A stretch of 63,884 nt of DNA, the filler included, from Dugesia japonica (taxonomy: Eukaryota), in NCBI GenBank assembly GCA_001938525.1. It is 6 parts of 6 records of this genome, joined end to end, with 100 filler letters (N's around TTAATTAATTAA, not from the genome) between each part and the next. Parts side by side here need not be neighbours in the genome. Positions count along the whole stretch, not along the records: positions 23,484 to 32,578 come from MQRL01562475.1; positions 32,679 to 44,404 come from MQRL01615187.1; 4 more parts are not named here. One strand, 5' to 3'. The position numbers were made by a program, and so were the translations under genes. Positions 25,745 to 38,819 of the stretch are shown piece by piece. How positions within the stretch are numbered: the stretch's first letter is position 1; each line of letters begins with the position of its first letter. The notes under the pieces are model-generated. The model made no database searches and was not told where the DNA came from. It saw only the letters and a list, made by a program, of their open reading frames with translations.

Positions 25745-26600
25745 AAGGCGACCAATGTTTCATTGAATTTGACAAAAAAAATAATTTATCCAGCACTTTT
25801 CAGAATGAATGACGAGAAGAATAAGTTCATAAAGAAAGTTACAAAGCATTTTGATGTATTGAGAGTAAAGAAAAATTAAAGAATCATATTAGTAGTTGCT
25901 TTTATCGATAATGAACTTCGAGAAAATTTTGAAAATGAAGATTAAGCACTGTGATTAGAAGAATGATTATTAAATTCTTTCAACACACCTACATCAATGT
26001 CAAGAGACATCGAAGAAACTTTAAATTACCGGGAAAATTGGGGTCATGTTAGCATAAGTAGAAAGAAAATAGATACAATAGTATACAATTCACTATTGAA
26101 ATCAGAGAGAATTAATGAAGAAGTTAATACCGAATGGTTGTAATGACAAATAGGAAAAAAATTTAAATCAAGTCGAGATTTTCAAAACACTTAAAAATTA
26201 GGAGAACATAGTAGAAGAAGTGAAAATCGAATTGCAATGCCGTATAATACCACAAAGATTATATAAATAGAGTATTAGAACAAAAACACGTGAATAATGA
26301 TAGTGCAGAAAGAACACATCAAATAATAAATAAAGGAAAACAAAAGATAGCGTGTTTGATCTCTATGAAGAAGAATTCGCTAAGAAAAGAGGAATAATGC
26401 TACAAATTTTAATCAGAACAATATTTGATATGAGACTGTTATAAAGTCAATTTTTAAAGATAGAGCAAAAAAGAAGACCATGAGTTGAGTCACTATACAA
26501 ATTTGAATATGCAAGGAAAATGCCAAAATGAGCAAGAATATTTCAAAGAATTTGGCTATGGAAAATAGAAATATTAACAGAATCATACGCGGAATAACAG
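25745..26600 (+). pseudogene. Highly decayed LTR-retrotransposon gag-like remnant
   Basis: GGCGACC PBS-like motif followed by KFIKKVTKHF, resembling the gag at 61874-62200. Many stops. Confidence 0.3.
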
Positions 26601-27439
26601 AAGACATTGGATATATGATATTACAATGACAATATACCAGGCCACTTAGAATAATTAGAGATTAATTTGTTTTATTCGTCTTATCTGTATACCTTGTAAG
26701 TATTTAATTTTTTCTATTTTATAAAAATATATTCTACATTTCACATATTTTCATTCATAACAATAACCAAATTACAGCGATTAAGACGCTAAAAAAATAA
26801 TTTTATTGCTATGAATTGCCAAAATTTGAATAATTCTCTCAAAGGTTGCGCCACTAGGCAGGTCTCAAACTAAACCAATGAGTAATCAGTAAAATAATGA
26901 TTATGAAAATACTGGAGTAGGTGGATGTGAGCGCACAAACACAGTAGGTGTTACCAAGCCCCCGGGGGGGGAGTGTTTGAATTTGTGTTTGATTTTGTGT
27001 TTGATTTCATTGGTCGGTTTTTAATTGGATGCGGGGAGATGTAGTTTTGTTTTGAAATTGTTAAATGTTTGCCGGGAAATTTAAAAATTATTTTTATTTG
27101 CGCGATTGATTAAAACAAAAAATTAATTTTTTTAGCAAGGATTACTGTGTTTGCGCGCTCACGTCAACAGTATAAAAGTTACTAGCCATCTTGGATTTAA
27201 GAATTTTTTGATTGGATTTCTGATCAGATCAGATATTTGATCGGATCAGATTTTGATTGTTGATTCTTTCTTTCCTTTTCTTTTCTCTTTTCTTTTCTTT
27301 TGAAAATCTTTTTAATAATTTATTCTATCCCTTTATGAATAATCCACGATAACATGTGGCACAAAATCAAACACACGGTTATCAGTTATCGAGCCCCCCC
27401 GAAAGGGAGGTGTGTTTGAATTTGTGTTCTTCTTTTTTT

Positions 27440-28790
27440 TAAAAAAAGTTCATAAAGTGTAGAACATTTTATAAAAAGAAATCATTACAGTAGAACTTTT
27501 TATAAAAAAGATTCATTACAGTGGAACATTTTAAAAAAAATAATTCATTACAGTGAAACTTTTTTAAAAAATAATTCATTACAGTGAAATTTTTATTAAA
27601 AAAGTTCAGAGTGGAGTCTTTGTGATATTTACATGATAAAATATTTAAATTAAAACTTTTCTTTACAAGATGATAAAAACAGAACTTTCTTCATAAAAAA
27701 ACATTAACTAGGTAATTTTCTATGAAAAATATATTACTAATGACAATTTTCTATAAAAAACATTTAGGTCATGCAATTTCTTTATAAAACACTTATTAGT
27801 CATGCAATTTTCAATAAAAAGTCTCATTAGTGTCGCAATTTTTAATAGAAAATCTTATTAGCGATACAATTTTTNATAAAAAATCTCATTAGCGATGTAA
27901 TTTTTCATTAAAAAAACAAATTGACAATGCAATTTTCCAAAATAAAACGTATTGGTGATACAATTTTCTTATAAAGAACATATTGGTGCTGCAATTTGTC
28001 TATAAAAGACATTAACCATACAATCTTTCTAAAAAAAACATATTAACCATGCAATCCTTCTATAAAACATATTGGTGATGCAATTTTTCTATAATAAACA
28101 CATATGTAGTGACAATTTTCTATACATAATGATAAAAACTTAGAGCTTTTTCATAAAAAATATATTAGCTGTGAGCCTTTCTATACAACTTGATAAAAGC
28201 ATAGAAAATTTCCATATATATAGCTAATAGGCCTATATAAAAAAGACTTATAAGTAAATATTTTGATATCTAAATAGGATTTATAAGTGTATAAGGTTTA
28301 AGAGTGAAGAGGGTTAAAGAAGGAAGAGGGTTTATGAGTGTATTTTTGCATAGGTACCTTGTATTATTTACATAGCAATTTACATTAATAGATTTTTGAG
28401 AGTTACAATTTCCATATATATAACTAAAGATTTCTTTAAAAATACCTTAAAGGCCTATATAAAACTTAAAAGTAAATGTTGTTATAACTATATATGGTTT
28501 ATGACTATATTGTTTACATAGTAACCCAGTATTATACGGTTTATGAGTGTATTATTTACATAGTAACCATGTAATATAGGGTTTTTGTTTGTATTATTTA
28601 CATAACAACCACGAATTATATGGTTTATGAAGGTATTATTTGCATAGGTACCTTGTAGTATAGGGTTTATTTAAATAATTCAGATAATAAATCATAGTTA
28701 CTATGTTTTATTGACATAGCAACCGTTTTATATAAGGTTTATGAGTGTATTATTTACATAGCATATTATATTATAAGATTTATGAGTGTG
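27440..28790. repeat. Three minisatellite arrays inside the mini-Polinton
   Basis: About 31-bp TTCATTACAGTG units (27450-27610), about 31-bp TGCAATTTTCTATAAA units (27700-28200) and about 46-bp GGTTTATGAGTGTATTATTTACATAG units (28330-28790). Confidence 0.75.
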
Positions 28791-28857
28791 GGAACGTAAA
28801 AATTATTTAATTTAAAAGCTTAGATCAAAATTTGGTTTTATTTATTGATATTGGATA

Positions 28858-28965
28858 ACAATTCAATATTTCGACCTTGTCGTCGCCAGGAATTGACTTT
28901 TTGACTAAATTGAATTGACTAAAATGTCAGTTCCTGATGAAGACAAGGTCAAAATATCGAATTAT
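28858..28965. repeat. Inverted pair of hammerhead-like motifs (PLE-type hairpin)
   Basis: Plus strand: agttc-CTGATGA-a-GAC(aag)GTC-aAAA-TA-TC-gaatt. Minus strand: caattc-CTGgCGA-c-GAC(aag)GTC-GAAA-TA-TT-gaattg. Confidence 0.65.
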
Positions 28966-30170
28966 TTCCTGCTTTAAGACTGGTAAAATATGTCCCTTTA
29001 TGCGTAAATTAGTTCTCAACAGGAAAACTAGTAATACTAGAACTAAAATATTTTAATATACAAGGATATATGGATAATATTACTTCCGATTTATTTAATT
29101 TGATTGAAAAAGCTTAGAAAAATTCCAACACAGATGCAATACAAGTACAACTCAAGTACAAATAATAACAATTTAAATTTGGATATTTAAATTTCAAATA
29201 ATTAAATATATTACGTTGTGGTATTTTGTTTTAATATATAATATAATGCAATCATTATTAATTCTATTTTCAAATATTTACTAAAAAAAATCATGACTAA
29301 AAATTTAAACCGAATTTATGAAGAAGAAGAAATACACATTTTAACAGAAGATGAAATCAAGGAAGTGGAGGTCTTTTTATGACGACAAGAATAATTTTTA
29401 TTTATTTTTTATTATTATCTAATATTGTTTATTTTTAGTTATTTTAAAGGAGATTCTGGAAGAGATGTTTCCATGTCTCAAGGCACTTTCTGAGCCATGG
29501 AAACATACATATTGGGAAAATATGAGCAACATATTGGAAATGAACATAAAAAGACTAATTCTCGATTCGAGACAACAATGGCCTTCATGCGTGGAAATTT
29601 CCGACGAATACGTCAAAATGCTTATAAGAAAACATTTATGAAATTCTTTTTATCGAAATAATGATAATGAAGAAGATGAGAATGATAAAATAGTCCTCTT
29701 TAGGGCTACAAATTCTGTTTGAAAATNGTTTTTTTAATTTTTACCAATAGAAAAATACATTTTATGTTGATTATTAAAATTTAATTTTTTTTGTAGTGTT
29801 TATATTTTTGGAGGCTCGATAATACCTACTATGTTTGTGCGCTCACATCTACTTACTTACTGGATTGTGAGAAATGGTGCCCCAAAGGAATACTCGTGGA
29901 TATACTTTTGAATTTAAAGTTTTTAAAGAGATGTCAGATTCATAGCGATTAAGAATTACATTACAAAGCTAGTACTAGAGATTGAATGCGAAGACAAATA
30001 TGCAGTTATACATAAGGTTGAAGTAAATTCATGAAAGTGTTCAGAAGGCAAAAAACCTTTTAAAATTCTAATTTTTAGTGATTTTTTATTGTAACACAAC
30101 TCTAAAAATACTTTTATTAAATATAAATATTTAAACAAAATTCAACAACATTACAAAAATAAATGTAACA

Positions 30171-31536
30171 TCAATATTTATCTTTAGATTTAGACTTCGA
30201 AACACGTTTTCGGTCACTTCTTTCTGAGCTTGATGAACTTTTATCACGATTAGTCGAATGCGATGATTTAGTACTTCTTGATTTACTTTTAGATCTTGAT
30301 CTTGATCTACTTCTTGATTTATTATAAGTTCTAGGAGATCTTCTTTGATATCCTCTTTTTCTACTTCTATCTTCTTCTACTCTTATATATGAAGTTTGAC
30401 CCTAGAAAATTAAGAAAATAAAGGTAATAATGAATAGGAAAAAGCAGATTAAAGTTAACAACTAGATATTTACTTGTAATTTCTAATAAATTATCTTGAT
30501 AACAATGAAAGTTTACATCTAACCACGTATAATTTAAGTAAAAGAATATTTCATTACCCCAATTCATTAAAACTTTTCCGAAATTATTGCCAATTTAAAA
30601 TGAATTACTACGTTTCCATTATTTAGTAAAAAAACTTAAATCTCCCGAGAAATATTCGTTATTAAAGTAAATAGTATATTCTATACAAAAAAATATTCAC
30701 ACATAAAATTCTTATTAAATGTTATTTAAAAATCTAATAACAAAAAAAAAACATTGCAGTAATATAAAATATCAATTTTCAAAAAACAATATTAATTAAA
30801 GATAATTATGAATTGCTTACCGAAACTGTTTTGAATTTAACATTGTTGACATGTTTTAAAACGTATTTAAAATCTTCTTTAGACACAAAATCACAAACAC
30901 CAGTTCCATTTCCAAACACATCGGCATAGCTAACATCTCCATACCGTCTCATGAAATCTTTTACGTCTTGCCAATTAGAATACGGTGGTATATTTGAAAT
31001 TAAAACCCGATAATCAGTACTTTTAGGAGGTCTTGGTCGTCGGTTTTGGTATGCATAATTCGGATAATTATTATTATTGTTATTATTATTTCGCCGGTAA
31101 TCACCATAATACGAAAATCTGTCTTGCCTGGGAAATGGACCATAATTAAATGGTACGTACATATCATATGGATCAAAAGGTGGTACGTATAATGGATTAT
31201 CATATCTAGGATATTCTTTATAATCTTTCTTGTTTTGTTTAATTTCTCTCGGAAATTCAACTCGTAATGAAAAGCCATCCAAGTCATAATTATCTCTTTC
31301 TCTAATAGCATCTTCAGCATCTCTTAAATCCAATATGAAATTGAGATTCAAAAATAATAAATTTAATTAATAATTTACCTTCGATCATCAAACTGAATAA
31401 AAGCGAATGGGGGACCATTTCTATTTTTAATATCAATATCTATTATTTTACCAAAGCAACTAAATAATTTTTCCACATCCCTTGATGTAGTATCCGGCGG
31501 TAAGTTACCAACATAAATCTTTCGTTCATTTGACAT
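30171..31536 (-). CDS. SRSF1: SR splicing factor SRSF1/SRSF9-like, about 296 aa, 3 exons (31536-31379, 31322-30821, 30401-30171)
   Basis: RRM1 [37 protein letters not shown]. Pseudo-RRM2 [20 protein letters not shown] tail [13 protein letters not shown] introns of 56 and 419 bp keep the frame. Confidence 0.93.
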
Positions 31537-32307
31537 TATCTAAATGATGAAATATTTCTTATTTTAAATTTTAAATTATATCGATTATAGATTAAAAGTA
31601 TTTTCAAATATATTTTTAGCAATTTTTCAAACTCAATATGTTTCTAATCTGAATAGTAAATTAGCCTTTGAAAGCATATTAAAAAAATATTAAATTTAAT
31701 ATTTTAAGTCAAATTATTTGAATAAATAATTATGATTATTTACTTTATTATTGAATATATTAATAATATAAAGTTGGTAGTACGGAAAGAAATATAAATT
31801 ATTTTGTTAAAACCGCAATGCTCACCCAATTTAGTGATTTGAGTTTTGCGAATATTCCTTAAGATTAGGCAATTCATAGCAATAAAATCATTTTCATTGC
31901 TTCATCGCAATAATTTTGTTACCGTTATCAATTGTTTTATTATCATATACATTACCAAAGCTGGACAGTTAAATTTCATGTATATATATATATAAAATTC
32001 GTTTTACAATGCTTGTGGTTATGCAAAGTTTTTCGTTGTTCCATTGTTTGTGTAGATATATAGATTGCTTGGTTTGTCGATTCTAGGACACATAACATAC
32101 AATTGTCCATGTGAGAAGCAATCCGTCAAACTTTAAAAGCTATCGGTGAAAATTTTTTAAAGTATTTTGATGTTGAACAAATGAACATTTACATTTTTAT
32201 TTTTATAAATAATGTAGGCATATTAAAATATAANNNNNNNNNNNNNNNNNNNNNNNNNNNNNNNNNNNNNNNNNNNNNNNNNNTATATATATATATATAT
32301 ATATATA

Positions 32308-32578
32308 CAATACGCAAAAAAATTCTGATCACTTCCAAAATAAGACAAAAATCTTGAAACAATTTATTAAAAATAAATTTTAAAATTTGGTTGGCATTCC
32401 GTCATTGTTAATAACAGCTTGGTATCTGTGTGACATGCTTTTAACAAGGTTAGTGAGAAAAATTGTTGGTATGTTTAACCCCACAACTTCTAAAATTAGA
32501 AATGATTCATTTTCATTTTGTGGATTTCTGTCAGTCTCTTGTTTATCCAGAAAAATCCATACGTTTTCAATAGGATTA
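32308..32578 (-). mobile_element. Tc1 transposon 3' end
   Basis: NPIENVW..TNLVKSMSHRYQAVINNDGMPTKF* (32578-32379). TIR-like CAATACGCAAAAAAATTCTGATCAC follows a (TA)n run. Confidence 0.8.
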
Positions 32579-34023
32579 NNNNNNNNNNNNNNNNNNNNNN
32601 NNNNNNNNNNNNNNNNNNNNNNTTAATTAATTAANNNNNNNNNNNNNNNNNNNNNNNNNNNNNNNNNNNNNNNNNNNNTATGGTGATTTTGAAAGTTGGA
32701 CCAGTACAATTACCAATAAACAAAAACCTTTATCTCTAGGAATTTATATCAATAGTAAATATCAACATTTAATTCAAATTGAATATAAAGAATTTTATGG
32801 AGAAAGCATTCTCCAACAGTTCTTTGAATTTTTAGAAGAAATAAATAATAAATTAATTGATATAACAGAAAATAAATTAATTGAATATTATACTAGAACT
32901 AATCATCCACAATTTACAAATCAAAACTGTAGATATTTTAATAAAAAGATAACTGAAAATCTAGTTATTGATCATGACCACTTTAATAAGGAATTCAGAG
33001 GTTTGTAATTTACAAGATAAATCTATAAAANNNNNNNNNNNNNNNNNNNNNNNNNNNNNNNNNNNNNNNNNNNNNNNNNNTTACAAGATAAATCTATAAA
33101 AGAATTATTTATACCATTCTATTTTCACAATGCATCTGGTTATGACAATCATCTTTTTTTCAAAGAATTAACAAAATATCCAATAGAAGTAAAATGAATT
33201 ATTCCACATACAGATGAAGTGTACATTTCCTTTGAATTTAGACATATCAGAATTTTAGATTCTTCAAGAGTGTGTCCATTTACATCGATTGATACTTGTG
33301 TAAATTATCAAATCAATCTAATAATTATAATCCTTTAAGATCATTTAATCTTGCTTCAAAGAAAATAGTTTTTCCATATGAATATGTAAAAGGAAATAAT
33401 ATTAATCAAGTAATTAATTTATTAAAAAGTAGTAATATTCCGACAAAAGAAGATTTTAACAATAAACTAAAACAACAAAAAATAACAGAACAAGGAAATT
33501 TATTTGATTTTATGATGTATTACATGAAATTAGATGTAATTATTTTAGCTGATTTCTTTGACAACTTTAGAGAGATTTGTTTAAATAATTATAACATAGA
33601 TCCAAGTTATTGGTACTCGGCTCCAGGATTAACTTCGGCTGCATGAATGAAATTCACAAAACAACAATTAAAATATGCACAAGAAGATACTTACAACATA
33701 TTTCTAAAAATAGAAAGAGGTGTTAAAAGTGTTAAATTTAATATATAGAAAATCAAAAAANTAAATTAATTACATTTATGAAGTTGATTTAAAATATCCT
33801 CCAGAAACACATGAAAAGACAAAATATTTTCCTCTAGCTCCAGATAGAATAAATATTAAAGAAGAAATGTTAGGACCATTTCAATTATCATTTAACAAGA
33901 AATTATTCAAGAAAAATATTAAATTAACATTGAATCAATTTGATAAACAAAATTATATTGTTTTGGGTTCTACATTATATTAATATTTATCTCTAGGAAT
34001 GAAAATTAAAAAAATACATAGAA

Positions 34024-34225
34024 TGTAGGTAGGTGTGAGCCCTCTGGTCTCTTTTTTTGCCTACCCCCCAGAAAAAGTTTTACCTACCCCCCCAGAAAAT
34101 TTCTTCAAATTAGTCTATTAAATTAGATTAGGAAAATTTCCCCATTAAAATAGCTTTGAAAATTTTTTCCATTAAATAAACTGGGTTTATCCAAGTAATA
34201 AACATAGAGCTCACATCTACCTAAT
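34024..34225. mobile_element. About 200-bp mini element related to the 26916 mini-Polinton termini
   Basis: GTAGGTAGGTGTGAGC...GCTCACATCTACCTA at the point where pPolB breaks. No TSD seen. Confidence 0.6.
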
Positions 34226-34559
34226 ATTCATTAAAAGAGTTTGTGATGACAAAGTGAATTCCCAATAAATTAACTAAGGAAAAATATATCCCAATAAAAA
34301 AGCGTAGGTTACTTTTTTTTAAAAATCTTACTTGTAAAAATAAACAATCTTCTTTTCTTAATAATATAAATTTTATTAGTAAAGAAACAAAATTGATAAT
34401 TAATAATACCTTATATTTTAAGAAATCTTTTAACAGAAAAAATAAATTTTTTTTTAATTAAATTAATAAAAATTTAAATAAAAAGAAGGGTTAATTAATT
34501 TTAATAAAAAAATATTTCAAATTTTTTGCATACTTCATGATATGATTGAATTCATTTTT

Positions 34560-34935
34560 GGTTGGAAATGTATTCAGTGAGGTCAATTTTCGATTGGTTC
34601 AGGTGAATTTGGTTGATAATTTGCTCGGTGATATCAAATTAAGTGAATTTTTGACTGGTTTAGAGTAATTTTTGAGTTATTTGATCAAATATTTCCTCAG
34701 AAATGATTGAGTTGGTTTATTTTTGGGTGATTCAGTCAATTAAATCAAAATTGGCTTAGGTAATATTGGTCAATTATTTCCTCGAGTTTGATAATTTTTG
34801 AGTAATATTTAAGTGATTTGGTCGAATATTTCCTCGTAATTGGTTAAGTCGGTTAATTTTTGAGTGATTCGGTCAATTATTTTCTCGGGTTTGGTTAATT
34901 TGAATAATTTTTGGGCGATTTGGTCAAATATTCGA
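34560..34935. repeat. Degenerate tandem repeats (about 40-45 bp) within the pPolB insertion
   Basis: Recurrent GGTCAA(T/A)TATTTCCTC..TTTTGAGTGATT units. Confidence 0.6.
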
Positions 34936-35309
34936 TCGGGAATAGTCATTTATATTTTGGAATTACACACATACAATTATATACAATTTAACATTGATCA
35001 GAGAAATTAATCAAAAGGAAATAATGATGTATTTCTTTAAAATTATTAAATAATGCATTTTATTGTAAAACATTAGAAGATATTAGAAAAAGATGTAACG
35101 TAGAAATAGTTGGAACAGATAAAGATTATCAAAAGTTTGCTTCAAAGATAAACTTTAGATCTAGCAAAATATTTACTTGTACAGAAACAGGTGAAACGGA
35201 AGCAGAAACAACTGCAATTCATTTAAGACAATCTAAATTAAAATATAATAAGTTTCCATAATTAGGTTTCACTATTTTAGAATATGCAAAAGAATTAATG
35301 ATTTCCTTT

Positions 35310-37140
35310 ATAACCACTTAGATGTAAAGATTCCAAACAAGTCTTTGACTTAATCCAGAAAAATGTCAGTTCATGCGAAAGGAGATCAAATTTTTGGGAC
35401 ACGTTTTCAGTAAAAAAGGTGTCAAAACAGATGCAACTAAAATAGAAGCAACTAAGAACTTCGGTAAACCAAACTGCGTTAAGTAAACGAGAAACATTTT
35501 GAGAATTTGCAAATTCTATCGGAAGTTTTTTAAAGATTATTTGAAAAAAGCTAGATTGCTGGAACAACTGTGTAATGGGCCAAGAAACAGGAAAATTGAA
35601 TGGGCGAACAAATTAAAAGAAGTTTTTAATGGAATGAAAGAAGCACTAATAATATTATTAGAGCTGAAACATTATTCCAATATTATGTTTTCCAGATATA
35701 AATAGAGGATTTATTTTGAACACAGATGCGAGTTTTATACGATTAGGGCAGTACTATCTCAAAAGGACAACAATGGGCAAGAAAGAGTAATTGCATATAG
35801 GTCCCACGCAATGGCGATTCATAAGAAAGGATATTGTACTACATGGAAAGAATTTCTGGCAATTTACTACTTTTATATTAATTTTCAACATTACTTATAT
35901 GGGAAGAGATTTATCCTCAGAACAGACCATAAAGCCATCAATTTTATGCTAAATACCAAGAAGCCNNNNNNNNNNNNNNNNCAAACCTGGATTAATTATT
36001 TGAGCAGTTTAGATATAAAATTGGAATATAGAAAAGGATCGCTTCATACAAATGCGGATATGTTGTCAATGAATGCGGTACATCTACACAATGTCTAATG
36101 TCACATGAGGATCCAAAAAGTAGAAAATTAAAAACAAGGATGTTAAATACAGTAGATATTCAAAAAAAACAAGGCAATTTTTATGAAAATGAAGGAACAT
36201 GGATACCTGATGATAAATTAAAAGAGGTTATAATGAGGATACACCATCTTTTGTGTCATGCTGGAGTAGGAAAGATAGCAGCGTATATAAAGCATAAATA
36301 TAACGCGAAACATTTGTTGAGCAAAGTACAAGAGGCTGTTTAAAGTTGTAGTACATGCCAGATAGCAAAAGTGTTGACAACAAAAACGAAGGGAAAAAAA
36401 GACGCAGCCAGCCAAAATGTTTGAACTATTATTTATAGATATGTGTGGACCACAGCCGGAGACAAGAGGTCGGAAAAAATATGTTCTCGGTATAATATAC
36501 CAATGCAGTAAGTATGTAGCCTTGATAGCAATGACAAGACAAGATGAAGATAACATACGGAAAGCAATATTGGAGAAATGGATATTAAAGTTCGGGTGTC
36601 CGAGAGAAATTCTAGTTGATTGTGGAAGAGCATTTGAGTCAAAATCAATGAAAGATTTTGGAGCTGAACATGGATATACCCTTAGATTTTTGAGTCCATA
36701 TCATCATAACACAAATAGACAAATCGAGAGGCAGTTTAGAATTGTACGTGATATGATTAATGCAACGCTTAAAGAAAGGTAAACTTCAGATTTAGCAGAT
36801 TTATTACCAAAGATAGAATTTATCTTAAATCTTACAAAACAGAAAACTATCATGAAAAGCCCTTCTGAAATCGTATTTGGGAAGAGAATAAGCCCGGAAA
36901 ATGGTATAAAACTAATACTCAGAGTGCACTAAGAACAAGAAAAAGAAAATTTAACCAAAAAACAATTCGAGATCGGTGATGAGGTCTTAGTGAAAGCTGA
37001 AACAAGAGCCAAGATCGTAATGAAGGACCCTATAAGATCAAGAGGAAAATTCATGACATACGTTACATTCTGGTAGATACAAACAAAAAAGGTCTTGAAA
37101 GAAACGTAGTGAAGATCAAATAATTTCTTAAAAAAGGGGA
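35310..37140 (+). pseudogene. Ty3/Gypsy pol remnant (RT end, RNase H, integrase)
   Basis: TDAS..IRAVLSQ, GKRFILRTDHKAI, HHLLCHAG, IDMCGP..KFGCPREILVDCGRAF..PYHH..IERQFR. Confidence 0.9.
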
Positions 37141-38674
37141 TATAAGATAGTTTTTTAAAAGAACAGATATAAAATATTTTATCTTTAAAAACGGAATTTA
37201 GTAAAATCAAAAGTATATTTAAAATTATATCAAGAAAATAAAAGAAAATAAATTACTAAAATTTAAGGATTTTTTAAAAATATAAAATGAAATGAATAAA
37301 AGATGTTTATTTAATAAATTTTTTTAAAATCAAATATAATTTAAATATAATAAAATATAAAATTAAATATTTGATTTTTCCGTTTTTGAATATGAATTTT
37401 TAACTTATAATTTTTTAAATGCAATTTAACAAAGAAATTACTTTAATTAACAGCTAAAATGTCGATTTCTAGGTTACTTTAACAAAACCTATCTATATAT
37501 TTTGGATGTTACTGTGCAATAACTGAATATGTGACTCACCTATCTTTTCTAGAAATTTAATTATTAAAATGTTATGTAATACTATATTGTATACTATTTA
37601 CAATGCATATTACATTTGCACGTAGCATCGGTTTTGATGAATACGACACACATACAAGCCGAGAAAAGTATTCCTGCAATATGATTGGTGCATAGTGAAC
37701 CGTTTTTACATTAGTATTGACGTTAATATTAATACTGAAAAGATTTTTACTCTCGGTGGGGAAGGTGATTAGTGCAATGCGGTACTATCTATCTACTTAT
37801 AATAATCAAAAAATAATATTAATATTAATAATCATAATNNNNNNNNNNNNNNNNNNNNNNNNNNNNNNNNNNNNNNNNNNNNNNNNNNNNNNNNNNNNNN
37901 NNNNNNNNNNNNNNNNNNNNNNNNNNNNNNNNNNNNNNNNNNNNNNNNNNNNNNNNNNNNNNNNNNNNNNNNNNNNNNNNNNNNNNNNNNNNNNNNNNNN
38001 NNNNNNTATTAATTACAATATTTTCAAATAATTTCCCATAAATATAAAAACAGTGATCTAAAAGACTTTTCAAAACATTTCCATGTGAATAGAGCTATTT
38101 AACATAAAACAGTACTTGAAAAGAAGTGTCTGAGTTTAAAATAGTTATCAAATGAGAAGATAACTAAAATTATAAAAAATTCTTCAAGAGAATTTAAAAT
38201 TTTTAATAAAATTTGAATTTTTAGTAAATATTATTATTAAATATTATTATTATTATTAACTATGTAAAAAGCTTTAAAAACCATTTTAATTTCTTGAGTG
38301 ATACAATTTAATGTTATCAAGTCATCATTAATACAAACGTAGTTCTCAGCTAGAATTCCCGAACATTATTTTATGAAATTTTCGAATTTTTTTCTGTAAA
38401 TAAATTTATGGTATAATAAATTTGTTTAAAGTATTTGCAAATGTGATTTTATTTCGTAATTTTAGATTGTGATGTTACATTTTACGTAAATAAAACTAAA
38501 CTATCAATCAAAAAGTCTGATTATTTTTCTAACATGGTAAAGTTTTTCGAAATAGTTTTATTTATTTCTCGTTATGTATCTTGATCTTTGNNNNNNNNNN
38601 NNNNNNNNNNNNNNNNNNNNNNNNNNNNNNNNNNNNNNNNNNNNNNNNNNNNNNNNNNNNNNNNNNNNNNNNNN

Positions 38675-38733
<59 letters not shown>

Positions 38734-38819
38734 GTTAAATTCAAAACCCCACAACTCTTCATAAATTGTATTTATTATTACAAGTGTATTTGATTGAAAA
38801 AAAAATTATATCAATTAAA

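Larger units (their letters stand above)
26916..29857. mobile_element. Complete non-autonomous mini-Polinton, 2942 bp
   Basis: About 45-bp TIRs AGTAGGTGGATGTGAGCGCACAAACACAGTAGGT / AGTAAGTAGATGTGAGCGCACAAACATAGTAGGT (reverse complement). Perfect 6-bp TSD TACTGG at 26910-26915 and 29858-29863. Confidence 0.85.
32680..35300 (+). pseudogene. Polinton pPolB with endonuclease VII-like insert; interrupted at about 34024-34960
   Basis: GDFES (ExoI), VIDHDH..FRG, FHNASGYD (ExoII), FPYEY, LDVIILADFFDNFR..YSAPGL, EVDLKYP..PLAP and LLNNAFYCKT (motif B). Confidence 0.9.

Noticed and set aside
27440-28790. CRISPR-like array
   Set aside because: Units are degenerate tandem minisatellites without constant repeats and unique spacers. 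No cas genes.
29293-29560. Spliced ~61-aa cargo gene in the mini-Polinton
   Set aside because: It requires skipping the nearer TTTTAG acceptor and shows no recognisable homology. Too speculative.
26757-31929. Inverted ~70-bp repeats (26757-26828, 31861-31929) as a composite transposon around SRSF1
   Set aside because: The apparent GGCAATTC termini face the gene, which fits the ends of two separate flanking copies. No TSD seen.
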